From positions 1 to 64,000 of the IMG/VR virus record IMGVR_UViG_3300042474_001185: 64,000 bases of DNA; one strand, written 5' to 3'. How positions within the stretch are numbered: position 1 is the stretch's first letter; every line of letters starts with the position of its first letter. The notes below the pieces were generated by a model that saw only the letters and a list, made by a program, of their open reading frames with translations, did not search any database and was not told the DNA's origin. The position numbers and the translations under genes were made by a program. This document shows positions 16,939 through 26,952 of this stretch, piece by piece. Origin of the DNA: a virus.

Positions 16939-18228
16939 ATGAAACCAACATTAGTATTTCAAGGACCTATATTTACACGTAGTGGTTATGGAGACCATTG
17001 TAGAGATTTAATGAAATCTTTACGCAAGATGGATAAATACGATATTAAGATTATCCCACTTCGTTGGGGAAACACTCCACAAAATCAAGTTGATGGTGAG
17101 AGCGATTTTGGTAGATGGATGTTAGAAAGAGTTATACCTCAATTAAACTTTAAACCTGATGTATTTATGCAGGTTTCTGTAGCAAATGAATTTGAACCAA
17201 AAGGTGAATACAATATAGGAGTAACTGCTGGTGTTGAAACTACAATTGCACCTAAAGATTTTATAGATGGTTGTAATAAAATGGATTTAATTATTGTTCC
17301 ATCTAATTTTACAAAACAAAATATTGGTGGCACTGTGTATCAACAACAAGACCAAGCATCAGGACAAATAGTTGGAGAACTTAGAGTTACAAAACCTATT
17401 CAGGTTCTTTTTGAAGGAGTTGATACTGAAATATTTTCTAAGGGAACTGATAAAGATGTGTTAGCAAATGTAAAAGAAGATTTCAACTTCTTAATTGTAG
17501 GACATTGGTTGAAAGGAGATTTAGGACAAGATAGGAAGGATATTGGTATGGCAATCAAAACATTGGCAACTGTATTTCAATATCTACCAGCTGATAAAAA
17601 ACCTGGTATAATTGTTAAAACATCTCACGCTGGATTTAGTGTAATTGATAGAGAGGGAACTAGAGAAAAAATAGATGCAGTATTAAAACCATTTGGTGAT
17701 AAATGCCCATCTGTATATTTGATACATGGTGATATGGAAGAAACTGATATGAGCAATTTATACCACCATCCTAAAGTAAAAGCAATGGTTTCATTTGCTA
17801 AAGGTGAAGGATATGGTAGACCTATGGCTGAGTTTACTTTGACAGGTAAACCAATTATAGCTAGTGGTTGGAGTGGACAAATGGATTTTTTACCTGCAGA
17901 ACATGCAGTATTATTAGAAGGTTCTTTAACAGCTGTACACGAATCAGCAGCTGACCAATTTTGCATGAAAGAAGCTCAATGGTTTACTGTAAACTACTCA
18001 AATGCAGCTAATAAATTATATGATGTTTATAAAAACTATGATATTTATTTAAAACAATCCGAAGGATTAAAAGAAAATACAAAATCTAAATTTACATTAG
18101 ATAAAATGCATGATACATTTTCGGAAATATTAGATGCAAATATCAAATCTAAGCCTAAGCTTGTTCCGTTTAATATTCCTAAATTAAATAGTTCTAAAAT
18201 GCAAATACCAAAACTTAACAAAATATAA
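16939..18228 (+). CDS. GT4-like (GT-B) glycosyltransferase
   Basis: TRSGYG, DRKDIG, GEGYGRPMAE, SGWSGQMDF. Confidence 0.88.
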   Translation: MKPTLVFQGPIFTRSGYGDHCRDLMKSLRKMDKYDIKIIPLRWGNTPQNQVDGESDFGRWMLERVIPQLNFKPDVFMQVSVANEFEPKGEYNIGVTAGVETTIAPKDFIDGCNKMDLIIVPSNFTKQNIGGTVYQQQDQASGQIVGELRVTKPIQVLFEGVDTEIFSKGTDKDVLANVKEDFNFLIVGHWLKGDLGQDRKDIGMAIKTLATVFQYLPADKKPGIIVKTSHAGFSVIDREGTREKIDAVLKPFGDKCPSVYLIHGDMEETDMSNLYHHPKVKAMVSFAKGEGYGRPMAEFTLTGKPIIASGWSGQMDFLPAEHAVLLEGSLTAVHESAADQFCMKEAQWFTVNYSNAANKLYDVYKNYDIYLKQSEGLKENTKSKFTLDKMHDTFSEILDANIKSKPKLVPFNIPKLNSSKMQIPKLNKI

Positions 18229-18695
18229 TGTCATTTGCTTTACAATATAAATCTCTTATTGAAAGTGAGAAGAAGTTGGGTAAGGCTTTAATAAAGCCCG
18301 GAAATATTTATAGAATTATGGTATATAAATATGCCGATGGAATTACAAAATCATTATCAGGACCAACTTCATCTTTGATATTCGCAATTGGTATATACGA
18401 TAAACAATTATTTTGTTTAAAAATTAGTGAAATTAAACCTGAAAAGTTTTTTAAATGGCTAAAGGTAGTTTTTTTAAAAAATTTAAATGATGAGAGTTTT
18501 GATACATCTGAACATCTTATGGAATTGCTTGTAAAAGCAGATAAGTCTGGTAAAAAATTGTATTCTTCCTATGTTAAGCCATCTACAATAGCTAAAGGAC
18601 CACTAAATCCATATAGAACATATAATCTTAGTGGTATAACACTTGTTCAGGAGGTTAAGATAAAAAAGGAAATACTTAAGAAGTATTACAAATAG
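18228..18695 (+). CDS. Hypothetical protein
   Basis: 155-aa basic ORF with YRTY near the C-terminus (weak resemblance to T4 DNA end-protector-like proteins). Confidence 0.5.
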   Translation: MSFALQYKSLIESEKKLGKALIKPGNIYRIMVYKYADGITKSLSGPTSSLIFAIGIYDKQLFCLKISEIKPEKFFKWLKVVFLKNLNDESFDTSEHLMELLVKADKSGKKLYSSYVKPSTIAKGPLNPYRTYNLSGITLVQEVKIKKEILKKYYK

Positions 18696-18759
18696 TTTAT
18701 TTTCCCAATCGGTTATATTTACTGTTACAACATTACAATTATAATAGTAAATAAAGGAT

Positions 18760-20826
18760 ATGGCATTAACTAAAAGATTAAGTAAAGGTTCTCCACTTAC
18801 TGCAGCTGAGATGGATGGTAACTTAGATTTTTTACAATCTCAAATTACAGCTGGTTCATCTGGAACTAGTGGAACATCTGGGGTAAATGGTTCACAAGGA
18901 ATATCGGGAACGGGAGGTACATCTGGTACATCAGGTACTTCTGGAACATCTGGTGTAAAGGGTGATTTGTTTACATCCACATCAAATAATAATCATGATA
19001 TTTCATTAGGTTCAAAGACATTTACAATAGCAGGGGGTCTGTCTTGGACACCTGGTCAACAAACTATTATATCTCAAAATGGTAGTAACTACATGACCGC
19101 TACAGTAACATCTTACAATAGTGGTACAGGTCAATTTATTGTAAATGTGGTGTCTGTTGTTGGTAGTGGTACTGGTATAACATCTTGGTTTATAAATACC
19201 GCAGGTGCAACTGGACAGGCTGGTTCTTCAGGCTCATCCGGAACTTCTGGAACTTCTGGAACATCGGGAACTTCTGGAACATCAGGAACTTCTGGAACTA
19301 GCGGAACATCGGGAACTTCTGGGATTAATGGTACATCCGGAACATCAGGAACGTCTGGAACTAGCGGAACATCGGGTACATCTGGTACATCTGGTACATC
19401 AGGAACTTCTGGAACATCTGGAACATCTGGTATAAATGGTAATGATGGAACATTTTTTGGTTCATCTGGAACTTCTGGAGAAAGTGGAACATCTGGAGTG
19501 AATGGTACATCCGGAGTTAATGGAACTTCTGGTGTAAACGGAACATCTGGAACAAGTGGAACAAGCGGTACATCCGGAACATCTGGTATAAATGGTGTGG
19601 CTGGTAGTAGTGGTACATCGGGTACATCTGGAACATCTGGTACATCTGGGACAACTTTTAATTTAAGTGGAACAACCGATAATGGTGTTATTACATCAAA
19701 TAATGGTACAGCCGGTACTGTAGAATCTAATTTATTATTTGATGGAACTCTATTAACAATTAGAGGAAATCTTTCAGCATCTGGAGCATTTACATCATCA
19801 TTAAGACAAGGATATGTTTTAGTTGGTGGTGCTGGTAATGTAACTACGTTAGTAGCAACATCATCATTTGGTGGCGCAGGTACTACAACAACCGATGGGA
19901 TATTCAGAGCAACTGGTTCAATCGTAGCAACAACAAACAATTTACAAATTACAGGTTCTTTGGATATATTAGGACCTATTACGGCATCATTAAGAACGGG
20001 ATATGTTTGGGTTGGTGATAATAGTAGAAGTACAAGACAAGTAGCAACATCATCATTTGGAGCAACTTTGACTGTAGAAGATGGTACTCCTACAATAGTA
20101 CCTAATGTAACTAAAATAATATTTAGTGGAGCATCTGTTACTAATAATGGTAGTGGTCAAATTACTGTAACTGTTACCGGTGGAGGTGGTGGTGGTACAT
20201 CTGGTACATCGGGAACATCTGGCGCCTCTGGTGTAGCTGGTACATCTGGTTCATCTGGTACATCTGGTGCTAATGGTAAAGATGGTACGATGGGTACATC
20301 CGGTACATCTGGTATTAGTGGTGGTGTTAGTTCGGCCGGCTCATCGGGAACTTCTGGAACATCTGGTACATCTGGTTCTAACGGATTTGGTACAAGTGGT
20401 ACAAGTGGTACAAGTGGTATAAATGGTACTTCTGGTGCTAGTGGATTGAATGGAGATGCTGGTACGTCTGGTTCATCTGGAACTAGCGGTACATCTGGTG
20501 TAACTGGTGGAGCATCTACTGGAGGTACGTCTGGAACTTCTGGTACATCTGGTAATTTAACTTTAAGTGGTACAACAAATGATGGTATTTTAACATTTGA
20601 TGGAGGTCTTGTTCAGGGTATAGTTGAATCCGACTTTACATTTAACGCAAGTAGTAAAATTTTAACTGTAAGTGGATCTGTATTAGCATATACATCAGTT
20701 ACATTAAGACCGGTTGATACCCTACCGGCAGGCGCAGTTGGTAAATTAGCATCATATGCTCCGGTATCACCAGCATCGGCATCTTTATATTTCCATAATG
20801 GTTCAGATTGGGTTAAGGTAGTTTAA
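18760..20826 (+). CDS. Collagen-like (Gly-Thr-Ser)n fibre / virion surface protein
   Basis: N-terminal KGSPLTAAEMDGNLDFL anchor motif of phage fibres; three long G-X-Y blocks dominated by GTS; duplicated non-repeat modules (LSGTT..G..T...VES; LR.GYV.VG...VATSSFG). Confidence 0.8.
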   Translation: MALTKRLSKGSPLTAAEMDGNLDFLQSQITAGSSGTSGTSGVNGSQGISGTGGTSGTSGTSGTSGVKGDLFTSTSNNNHDISLGSKTFTIAGGLSWTPGQQTIISQNGSNYMTATVTSYNSGTGQFIVNVVSVVGSGTGITSWFINTAGATGQAGSSGSSGTSGTSGTSGTSGTSGTSGTSGTSGTSGINGTSGTSGTSGTSGTSGTSGTSGTSGTSGTSGTSGINGNDGTFFGSSGTSGESGTSGVNGTSGVNGTSGVNGTSGTSGTSGTSGTSGINGVAGSSGTSGTSGTSGTSGTTFNLSGTTDNGVITSNNGTAGTVESNLLFDGTLLTIRGNLSASGAFTSSLRQGYVLVGGAGNVTTLVATSSFGGAGTTTTDGIFRATGSIVATTNNLQITGSLDILGPITASLRTGYVWVGDNSRSTRQVATSSFGATLTVEDGTPTIVPNVTKIIFSGASVTNNGSGQITVTVTGGGGGGTSGTSGTSGASGVAGTSGSSGTSGANGKDGTMGTSGTSGISGGVSSAGSSGTSGTSGTSGSNGFGTSGTSGTSGINGTSGASGLNGDAGTSGSSGTSGTSGVTGGASTGGTSGTSGTSGNLTLSGTTNDGILTFDGGLVQGIVESDFTFNASSKILTVSGSVLAYTSVTLRPVDTLPAGAVGKLASYAPVSPASASLYFHNGSDWVKVV
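19201..19650 (+). repeat. 9-bp-period coding repeat (GGW ACW TCW / GTS), main block; further blocks near 18850-18960 and 20180-20555
   Basis: Tandem ggaacttct/ggaacatct/ggtacatct units with synonymous variation. Confidence 0.9.
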
Positions 20827-20841
20827 AAATAAATTAAAAAT

Positions 20842-20878
20842 AAAAATGGGTAATTCTAAAAAAGTTACCCATTTTTTT
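20842..20878 (+). terminator. Rho-independent terminator
   Basis: AAAAATGGGTAA-loop-TTACCCATTTTTTT after the collagen-like gene. Confidence 0.85.
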
Positions 20879-20933
20879 ATGCTTTACTTGAAAATTGTAT
20901 ATTTATATCTATATATACATATACAAAGATATA

Positions 20934-20965
20934 TTTGGAAAATATAATAAATTGTTGTATATTTG
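20934..20965 (+). promoter_or_regulatory. Bacteroidota-type promoter
   Basis: TTTG-N20-TATATTTG upstream of ATG 20983. Confidence 0.7.
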
Positions 20966-20982
20966 TATTCAAATAAAATATT

Positions 20983-21618
20983 ATGGCAATAAATGTAACA
21001 TATGCAATTACCGTTTGTAATGAGCATGAAGAAATTATGAAATTGATAAATTTCTTACACCCTAGAATTAAAAAAGATGATGAAATATTAATCCAATATG
21101 ATGAGGATTCTGTAACACCACAGGTTAAAGATTATCTAAATGTTATACACCAATTACATTCATCTAATATAAAGGTTATAGGATTTCCCTTAAATAATGA
21201 TTTTGCTTCGTATAAAAATAATTTAAAAAATCATGCAAAAGGTATTTTTATTTTTCAAATAGATGCTGATGAAATTCCATCGGAGTATATGGTAGAAAAT
21301 CTTTCTGATTTTTTATTAGCAAATAAAGATGTGGATTTATTCTTTGTACCACGTATAAATACAGTAGAAGGACTTACCCAAGAGCACATTAAAAAATGGG
21401 GATGGCAAGTTAATGAAAATGGTTGGGTAAATTTCCCCGATTATCAAACAAGATTATATAGAAGGACATCCGATATTGAATGGGAAGGTAAAGTACATGA
21501 AAGAATAAAAGGATATAACACTCTATCGGTTTTACCAGCAGATGCAGATTATTGTTTAACTCATCATAAGCAAATTGAAAGACAAGAAAAACAAAACGCT
21601 TACTATGATACAATCTAA
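20983..21618 (+). CDS. GT2-family glycosyltransferase
   Basis: ITVCNE, DFASYKN, IFQIDADE, PDYQTR, VHERI. Confidence 0.88.
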   Translation: MAINVTYAITVCNEHEEIMKLINFLHPRIKKDDEILIQYDEDSVTPQVKDYLNVIHQLHSSNIKVIGFPLNNDFASYKNNLKNHAKGIFIFQIDADEIPSEYMVENLSDFLLANKDVDLFFVPRINTVEGLTQEHIKKWGWQVNENGWVNFPDYQTRLYRRTSDIEWEGKVHERIKGYNTLSVLPADADYCLTHHKQIERQEKQNAYYDTI

Positions 21619-22606
21619 GATAGCTTTCCTTACTGAAATGGGATTTGTTGGCAAAGTTCCAGCAAATCATCCAAATATGAGAACGGAGTTTGCTTGGATG
21701 CATGCTTTAGATGCTGACCATTTTAATATTCATTTGTTTGGTGCAGATAAAAATTTGACAGGTTATGACCATGTCTTTATTATATTTCCAAAAGGTAAAC
21801 CATTTTTAAATTCAACTGCGGTAGAATTGATAAAAGGTATTAATCCAATATCAGAATTACTTCAGCAAGATATTGTTGGTAGAATAAAAGAAAAAGGAAA
21901 TACAAATGTACATTATGTGCAAGAAGGACCTCATTGGTTTCAAAATGATTATAGTGTAGAAGACCAAATTTACTTCTATAACTTTTTACAATCTTGCGAT
22001 TCAATCTTTACTCACAATGATTCTGATGTATATTATTACAAAGGATTATTTCCCAATAAAAAAGTGAGACCAATTGGTACACTAATGATTGATGAATTAG
22101 TTAAAGATATCGTACCTACAAAAGAAGATAAAGTAATTATAGGTGGTAACTTTGCAAGATGGTATGGTGGATTTGAAAGTTATATGATAGCTGATAATTT
22201 TGGAGTTCCTGTTTGGGCACAAACATCACATGCTATGAGAGAAAACGAAGGTATGGGTGGTGTATTAAATCACTTACCAAGAATGATGTGGAGTGAATGG
22301 ATGGCAGTATTATCAACATTCAAATATGCAGTACATATGATGCCAACGGTAGCCGCTGGTACATTTGCTTTGAATTGTGCATACTTTGGGATACCATGTA
22401 TTGGAAATCAAGATGTGGATACTCAATTACTATGTCACCCATCGTTATCCGTAGCAGTAAATGATTTGGAAGGAGCAAGAGAATTAGCAATACAATTGAG
22501 AGATGATAAAGAGTTTTATAATCAATGTTCTGAAATAGCAAAGAATAATTATGAAGCTTGTTTTTCAAAAGAACTTTGGTTAAGAAATATAAAAAGAGAA
22601 TTATAA
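21605..22606 (+). CDS. GT-B-like glycosyltransferase
   Basis: C-terminal AGTFALNCAYFGIPCIG donor-binding-like segment; start taken as ATG 21605. Confidence 0.6.
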   Translation: MIQSKIAFLTEMGFVGKVPANHPNMRTEFAWMHALDADHFNIHLFGADKNLTGYDHVFIIFPKGKPFLNSTAVELIKGINPISELLQQDIVGRIKEKGNTNVHYVQEGPHWFQNDYSVEDQIYFYNFLQSCDSIFTHNDSDVYYYKGLFPNKKVRPIGTLMIDELVKDIVPTKEDKVIIGGNFARWYGGFESYMIADNFGVPVWAQTSHAMRENEGMGGVLNHLPRMMWSEWMAVLSTFKYAVHMMPTVAAGTFALNCAYFGIPCIGNQDVDTQLLCHPSLSVAVNDLEGARELAIQLRDDKEFYNQCSEIAKNNYEACFSKELWLRNIKREL

Positions 22607-22607
22607 T

Positions 22608-23324
22608 ATGGATTTTGAAATTAAAGGAACTAAGTTGGTAGAGATACCTTATTTGGAAAGAGAATTATCAGAACAAAAAGAATCTGATAAAGTATTGATT
22701 GTTGGTGAACGAATTGCAACGGAAGGTATATTACAAGCCGTATTAAAAAGACCCTTCACATCATGCTTATGTACCGACATTATGCCAATGGGACCTGGCT
22801 CTACATTGGAAAGAATAATAGATGCTGATAAAAGAGTTACATTTGTTCAGCAAGATTTTATATTAGCTGAAGAAGAAACAAAATACGATTATATTATTTG
22901 TATTAATGTATTGGAACACTTTGGTATGAACTTCGCTGAATTCTCTGGATTTGCAGGGGAATATGCTGGGGATGATTATATTAGATGGAATCACGATTTG
23001 AGAGCAATTGAAAAAATGATTACATTATTAAATAAAGATGGAAAAATAATTATCACAGTACCAGCTGGTCAACCTATATTGTCTGGAGATATTAATCCCG
23101 GAAATAAAATGCCATTCCTTCGTAGATATGATGAAATGCGAATTAAGTTAATTGAAGATTTATCAGTTAAAAATGCAATGAAAATTGAAAATACATTTTT
23201 CTATTCAGAAAATTTTAATGATTGGTTTGAGAGTGATATAACAATAACATCTCCACAATATACTCAGGCAAATAATCCATATACTCCTAATATGATATGG
23301 GCATTTACATTGAAACAAAAATAA
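22608..23324 (+). CDS. SAM-dependent methyltransferase (DUF268-like)
   Basis: YDYIICINVLEHFG, DLRAIEKM...LNKDGKIIITVP. Confidence 0.7.
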   Translation: MDFEIKGTKLVEIPYLERELSEQKESDKVLIVGERIATEGILQAVLKRPFTSCLCTDIMPMGPGSTLERIIDADKRVTFVQQDFILAEEETKYDYIICINVLEHFGMNFAEFSGFAGEYAGDDYIRWNHDLRAIEKMITLLNKDGKIIITVPAGQPILSGDINPGNKMPFLRRYDEMRIKLIEDLSVKNAMKIENTFFYSENFNDWFESDITITSPQYTQANNPYTPNMIWAFTLKQK

Positions 23325-23325
23325 A

Positions 23326-24093
23326 ATGATAACAGTTATATTAAATGGTTATAAGAGACCTGAAAATCTTAATGAACAATTAGAGGCATTAAAAAATCAA
23401 ACATTACCACCTGATGAAATACTTTTTTGGTATAATAATCCGGGTGATAATGATTTAATTAATTACGATATTGGAACTGAAATAGCTGGTGCTTATTGTA
23501 ATTACAATTTTGGTGTGTGGGCTAGATTTGCATTTGCACTTAACGCAAAAAACGATTATGTATGTGTATTTGATGATGATACAATTCCTGGTAAGAAATG
23601 GTTAGAGAATTGTATGAACACTATGAATGAGAAAGAAGGTCTATTGGGTACGGTAGGATTATTATATCCAGCACCATTACCACCTCAACATTCATCTTAC
23701 TACGAACATTATTTAAGATTTGGATGGCCTGAAAGTGGTAACAATGATAGGACTGTAGAAGTTGATTTAGTAGGACACAGCTGGTTCTTTAAAAAGGAAT
23801 GGTTATCTCATATGTTTAGAGAATTACCAGACCCTAAATATAATACCTGTGGTGAGGATATGCACTTCTCATATATGTTACAAAAGTATGCTGGTATTAA
23901 AACATATGTACCACCACATCCTCGTTCTGATATGGAAATGTGGGGAAGTATTAAAGGTGCATACGGAGGAGATTCTGCTTCACTTTGGGAATCAAATCAA
24001 GCTGGTATAGATGGTACTCCATTTAAGCAATTGATGAACGATTATTTTCACAAACAAAGAGTAAAAGGATGGAGGTTAGTAAATGAAAAATAA
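23326..24093 (+). CDS. GT2-like glycosyltransferase
   Basis: ITVILNGYKR, VFDDDTIPG, GEDMHFS. Confidence 0.8.
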   Translation: MITVILNGYKRPENLNEQLEALKNQTLPPDEILFWYNNPGDNDLINYDIGTEIAGAYCNYNFGVWARFAFALNAKNDYVCVFDDDTIPGKKWLENCMNTMNEKEGLLGTVGLLYPAPLPPQHSSYYEHYLRFGWPESGNNDRTVEVDLVGHSWFFKKEWLSHMFRELPDPKYNTCGEDMHFSYMLQKYAGIKTYVPPHPRSDMEMWGSIKGAYGGDSASLWESNQAGIDGTPFKQLMNDYFHKQRVKGWRLVNEK

Positions 24094-25084
24094 ATTACCA
24101 ATATTAATATGTTTCGGAACTAGACCGGAATGGTTAAAGATAAAGCCTTTAATTAAAATAATGGACCGTAGTGAGTATAAATTATTCTTTACAGGTCAGC
24201 ATGAAGATTTACTTAAAGAAGTTGATGTTGATTATAAAGCAACTATCAAAGAAGGTTCTAATAGATTGGATGAAGTGGTAAAAGGATGTTTAGATTTGCC
24301 GGAAGGTGAGTTTAGAGGTGTATTGGTACAAGGTGATACCGCATCTGCTTTCGCTTGTGCCATTGGGGCATATCATAGAGGATTGAGAATCTATTATTTA
24401 GAAGCTGGACTTAGAAGTAAGAGTTTAAAACATCCATACCCTGAAGAAGGTTATAGACAAATGATATCTCGTATTGCTGATGTAAGTTTTTCACCAACAC
24501 ATTTATCACTTACTAACTTATTTAATGAAAATACATTAGGTGATGCTTGGTTAGTTGGTAACACTGTGTTAGATAACTTAGTTGATTTACCTAAACCAAC
24601 ATACGGAAACAAAATATTAGTTACATTACATCGTAGAGAGAATCATCCTATAATGCATGAATGGTTTAGAGAGGTGAATGATTTAGCAATACAATATCCA
24701 GAGTTAGAGTTTATACTTCCAATACATCCAAATCCAAATGTACAAATTCATAGAAACTTACTAACAAACGTTAAAGTAGTAGAACCACTTTCACATGATG
24801 AATTGATAGCTATACTATTAGAATGTAAGTTAGTAATAAGTGATAGTGGCGGAATACAGGAAGAAGCATCTTTCCTTAATAAGAAAGTAATTGTATGTAG
24901 AGAAAAAACGGAAAGACCTGAAGCGATTTATACGGGACATTTGCATCTTTGTAAATCTACTGATAAATTAAAAGATTTATTTGTTACTTTGGAAAAAGAT
25001 TCGTATATTTGTAAAGATTCACCATATGGGGATGGGTACGCAGCGGAAAAAATTAAAAAGATATTAGATGCAGAAAAACTTTAG
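24083..25084 (+). CDS. wecB: UDP-N-acetylglucosamine 2-epimerase
   Basis: GTRPE, TGQH, VQGDT, EAGLRS, PEE, TLHRREN, SDSGGIQEEA, TERPE, PYGDG. Confidence 0.95.
   Translation: MKNKLPILICFGTRPEWLKIKPLIKIMDRSEYKLFFTGQHEDLLKEVDVDYKATIKEGSNRLDEVVKGCLDLPEGEFRGVLVQGDTASAFACAIGAYHRGLRIYYLEAGLRSKSLKHPYPEEGYRQMISRIADVSFSPTHLSLTNLFNENTLGDAWLVGNTVLDNLVDLPKPTYGNKILVTLHRRENHPIMHEWFREVNDLAIQYPELEFILPIHPNPNVQIHRNLLTNVKVVEPLSHDELIAILLECKLVISDSGGIQEEASFLNKKVIVCREKTERPEAIYTGHLHLCKSTDKLKDLFVTLEKDSYICKDSPYGDGYAAEKIKKILDAEKL
24980..25011 (+). promoter_or_regulatory. Bacteroidota-type promoter embedded in the 3' end of wecB
   Basis: TTTG-N20-TATATTTG with the same TTCG extension as the intergenic copies. Confidence 0.55.
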
Positions 25085-25847
25085 AGAACATTTTATTAAG
25101 TTTACGGAAATGATTCGTAATAATCACCATTTTGGATTTGCAAGATATTCGGATGGTGAAATGTATATTCTTCAAAATAAAGAATCTAAATTAGATGAAG
25201 GTCTAATTCAAATTGGAGACCATAAGCAAGGTGGATTTTATCAACCACTTGATTTTAAACATTTTGACCCAAAACAACATCAATGGTTTTTAGAAAAATT
25301 AATAGAGGCTTATAAACATAAACAACCAAATTATTACAAAGGTATTAGCTGTAGTTGTTGTGTTGGTAAGGAAAATTTTGATTGGCAAATAAATTTACAC
25401 GGTGGTGATGATGAAAGTTTGACTTGGGCAAATTTATGGGTTAATGGTAATTACCCACTATTCATTATGAATACACTTCCAATACTTTATAGTAAGGATT
25501 GTGTATTTGTTGGTCATGAAAAAGCTGATATATCAAAATTACCATTTATAGTAAAAGATTTTAGAGTGGGATATAATGCATTTGTAAACGATTATGACAA
25601 GATTGAAACAATTAGACAATGGATTAAAGAGAATAACATTGAAAATCATGTATTCTTATTTTCAGCTTCAACGTTTTCTAATTTGGCAATATACGAACTA
25701 TTCAAAGAGTTTCCAAATAATTCCTATATTGATATCGGAACGTGTCTTACTCCAATGATGAACATGCCAACTGAAAGAGATTACTTAAAAGGATTTTGGA
25801 GTTATAAAGGTTCGCAAAGTTTAAGTCAAATGTGTATATGGAATTAA
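25068..25847 (+). CDS. GT-D fold (DUF1792-like) glycosyltransferase-like protein
   Basis: FARYSDGE near the N-terminus, YIDIG near the C-terminus. Confidence 0.6.
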   Translation: MQKNFREHFIKFTEMIRNNHHFGFARYSDGEMYILQNKESKLDEGLIQIGDHKQGGFYQPLDFKHFDPKQHQWFLEKLIEAYKHKQPNYYKGISCSCCVGKENFDWQINLHGGDDESLTWANLWVNGNYPLFIMNTLPILYSKDCVFVGHEKADISKLPFIVKDFRVGYNAFVNDYDKIETIRQWIKENNIENHVFLFSASTFSNLAIYELFKEFPNNSYIDIGTCLTPMMNMPTERDYLKGFWSYKGSQSLSQMCIWN

Positions 25848-25859
25848 TAAAATAAAAAA

Positions 25860-26093
25860 ATGACAAACCCAAATTTAAAATCATCAATAACAAAAAAAGG
25901 AAGATATGTTTCTCAAATACTTCATTTTATCAATGGAGAGAAAAGAACGTTTGAGGGAGTTGATTCATATTCAATTAAGCAAGGTCAATTTACTAAGTTT
26001 GAAACCATAGATGGAAGATTAGTGATGGTAAATGATAAAAATATACTTTGTATTGAAATAATAGGACAAGAAAATTCAGAAATTAAAAAATAA
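25860..26093 (+). CDS. Hypothetical protein
   Basis: 77-aa ORF. Confidence 0.55.
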   Translation: MTNPNLKSSITKKGRYVSQILHFINGEKRTFEGVDSYSIKQGQFTKFETIDGRLVMVNDKNILCIEIIGQENSEIKK

Positions 26094-26099
26094 TTAATT

Positions 26100-26732
26100 A
26101 TGCCAATGTTACACAATCCGTACAAAATCGTTAGAATGTTTGAAGAAGAAATAGCAGCTTATACGGGAGCTCCTTACGCTATTTCGGTTGATAGTTGCAC
26201 TAATGCACTATTCTTAATGTGTAAGTACTTAGAAGTTAAAGAGGTAACCATTCCATCTAAAACTTATTTATCAGTACCGCAATCAATTATACACGCTGGT
26301 GGTGAAGTTATCTTTGATAAAAGACCTGAAACAAATCATTGGGTGGGTGCATATCAATTAAAACCATATCCAATTTGGGATGCGGCTAAAAGATTAACAA
26401 AAGGTATGTATCAACCTGGAACTTATATGGGATTATCATTCCATATTAAAAAGCAATTACCAATTTGGAAAGGTGGTATGATTCTAACTGATGATGCTAA
26501 AGCAGCTGAATGGTTTAAGAAAGCTCGTTACGAAGGTAGAAGTGAGAAGTATTACAAAGATGATAATATTGAGTTTTGTGGTTGGAATATGTATATGACT
26601 CCACAGCAAGCGGCGCAAGGATTAGCAATGTTTCAAAACTATCCTGAACATAATGCAGATTTGGGTGAATTGAATGGTTATAGAGATTTAACTGAGTTCA
26701 CTGTTTTTAAAAATAATAAAGTAATCGAATAA
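26100..26732 (+). CDS. DegT/DnrJ/EryC1 PLP aminotransferase, compact 210-aa form
   Basis: FEEEIAAYTGAPYAISVDSCTNAL, DAA, SFHIKKQL (PLP lysine), GGMILTDD, GWNMYM. Confidence 0.85.
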   Translation: MPMLHNPYKIVRMFEEEIAAYTGAPYAISVDSCTNALFLMCKYLEVKEVTIPSKTYLSVPQSIIHAGGEVIFDKRPETNHWVGAYQLKPYPIWDAAKRLTKGMYQPGTYMGLSFHIKKQLPIWKGGMILTDDAKAAEWFKKARYEGRSEKYYKDDNIEFCGWNMYMTPQQAAQGLAMFQNYPEHNADLGELNGYRDLTEFTVFKNNKVIE

Positions 26733-26733
26733 T

Positions 26734-26952
26734 ATGGAATTGTTACAAATAATAAATAAAGTATTGGAAAACAATGGTTACCAAACAATATCAGACTTAA
26801 ATGATGATATGAATTTAAAAAATGATATTGGATTTGATAGCTTTATGTTAGCTGAATTGACAGTTGAAATTGAAGAAGCTTGTAATATTGATATTTTCAA
26901 AGATAGCTTGATTTTTACTATTGGTGATATTAAAAAGAAGCTAAATGGATAA
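26734..26952 (+). CDS. Acyl carrier protein
   Basis: 72 aa, acidic, DIGFDSFMLAEL phosphopantetheine-serine motif. Confidence 0.85.
   Translation: MELLQIINKVLENNGYQTISDLNDDMNLKNDIGFDSFMLAELTVEIEEACNIDIFKDSLIFTIGDIKKKLNG

Noticed and set aside
19131-19940. 269-aa minus-strand ORF (VPDVPEVP...)
   Set aside because: Antisense shadow of the GTS repeat; all credible genes and promoters are on the + strand.
18847-20555. Short tandem repeats as a CRISPR array or non-coding satellite
   Set aside because: 9-bp period, in frame, with synonymous variation and no unique spacers: a coding GTS repeat.
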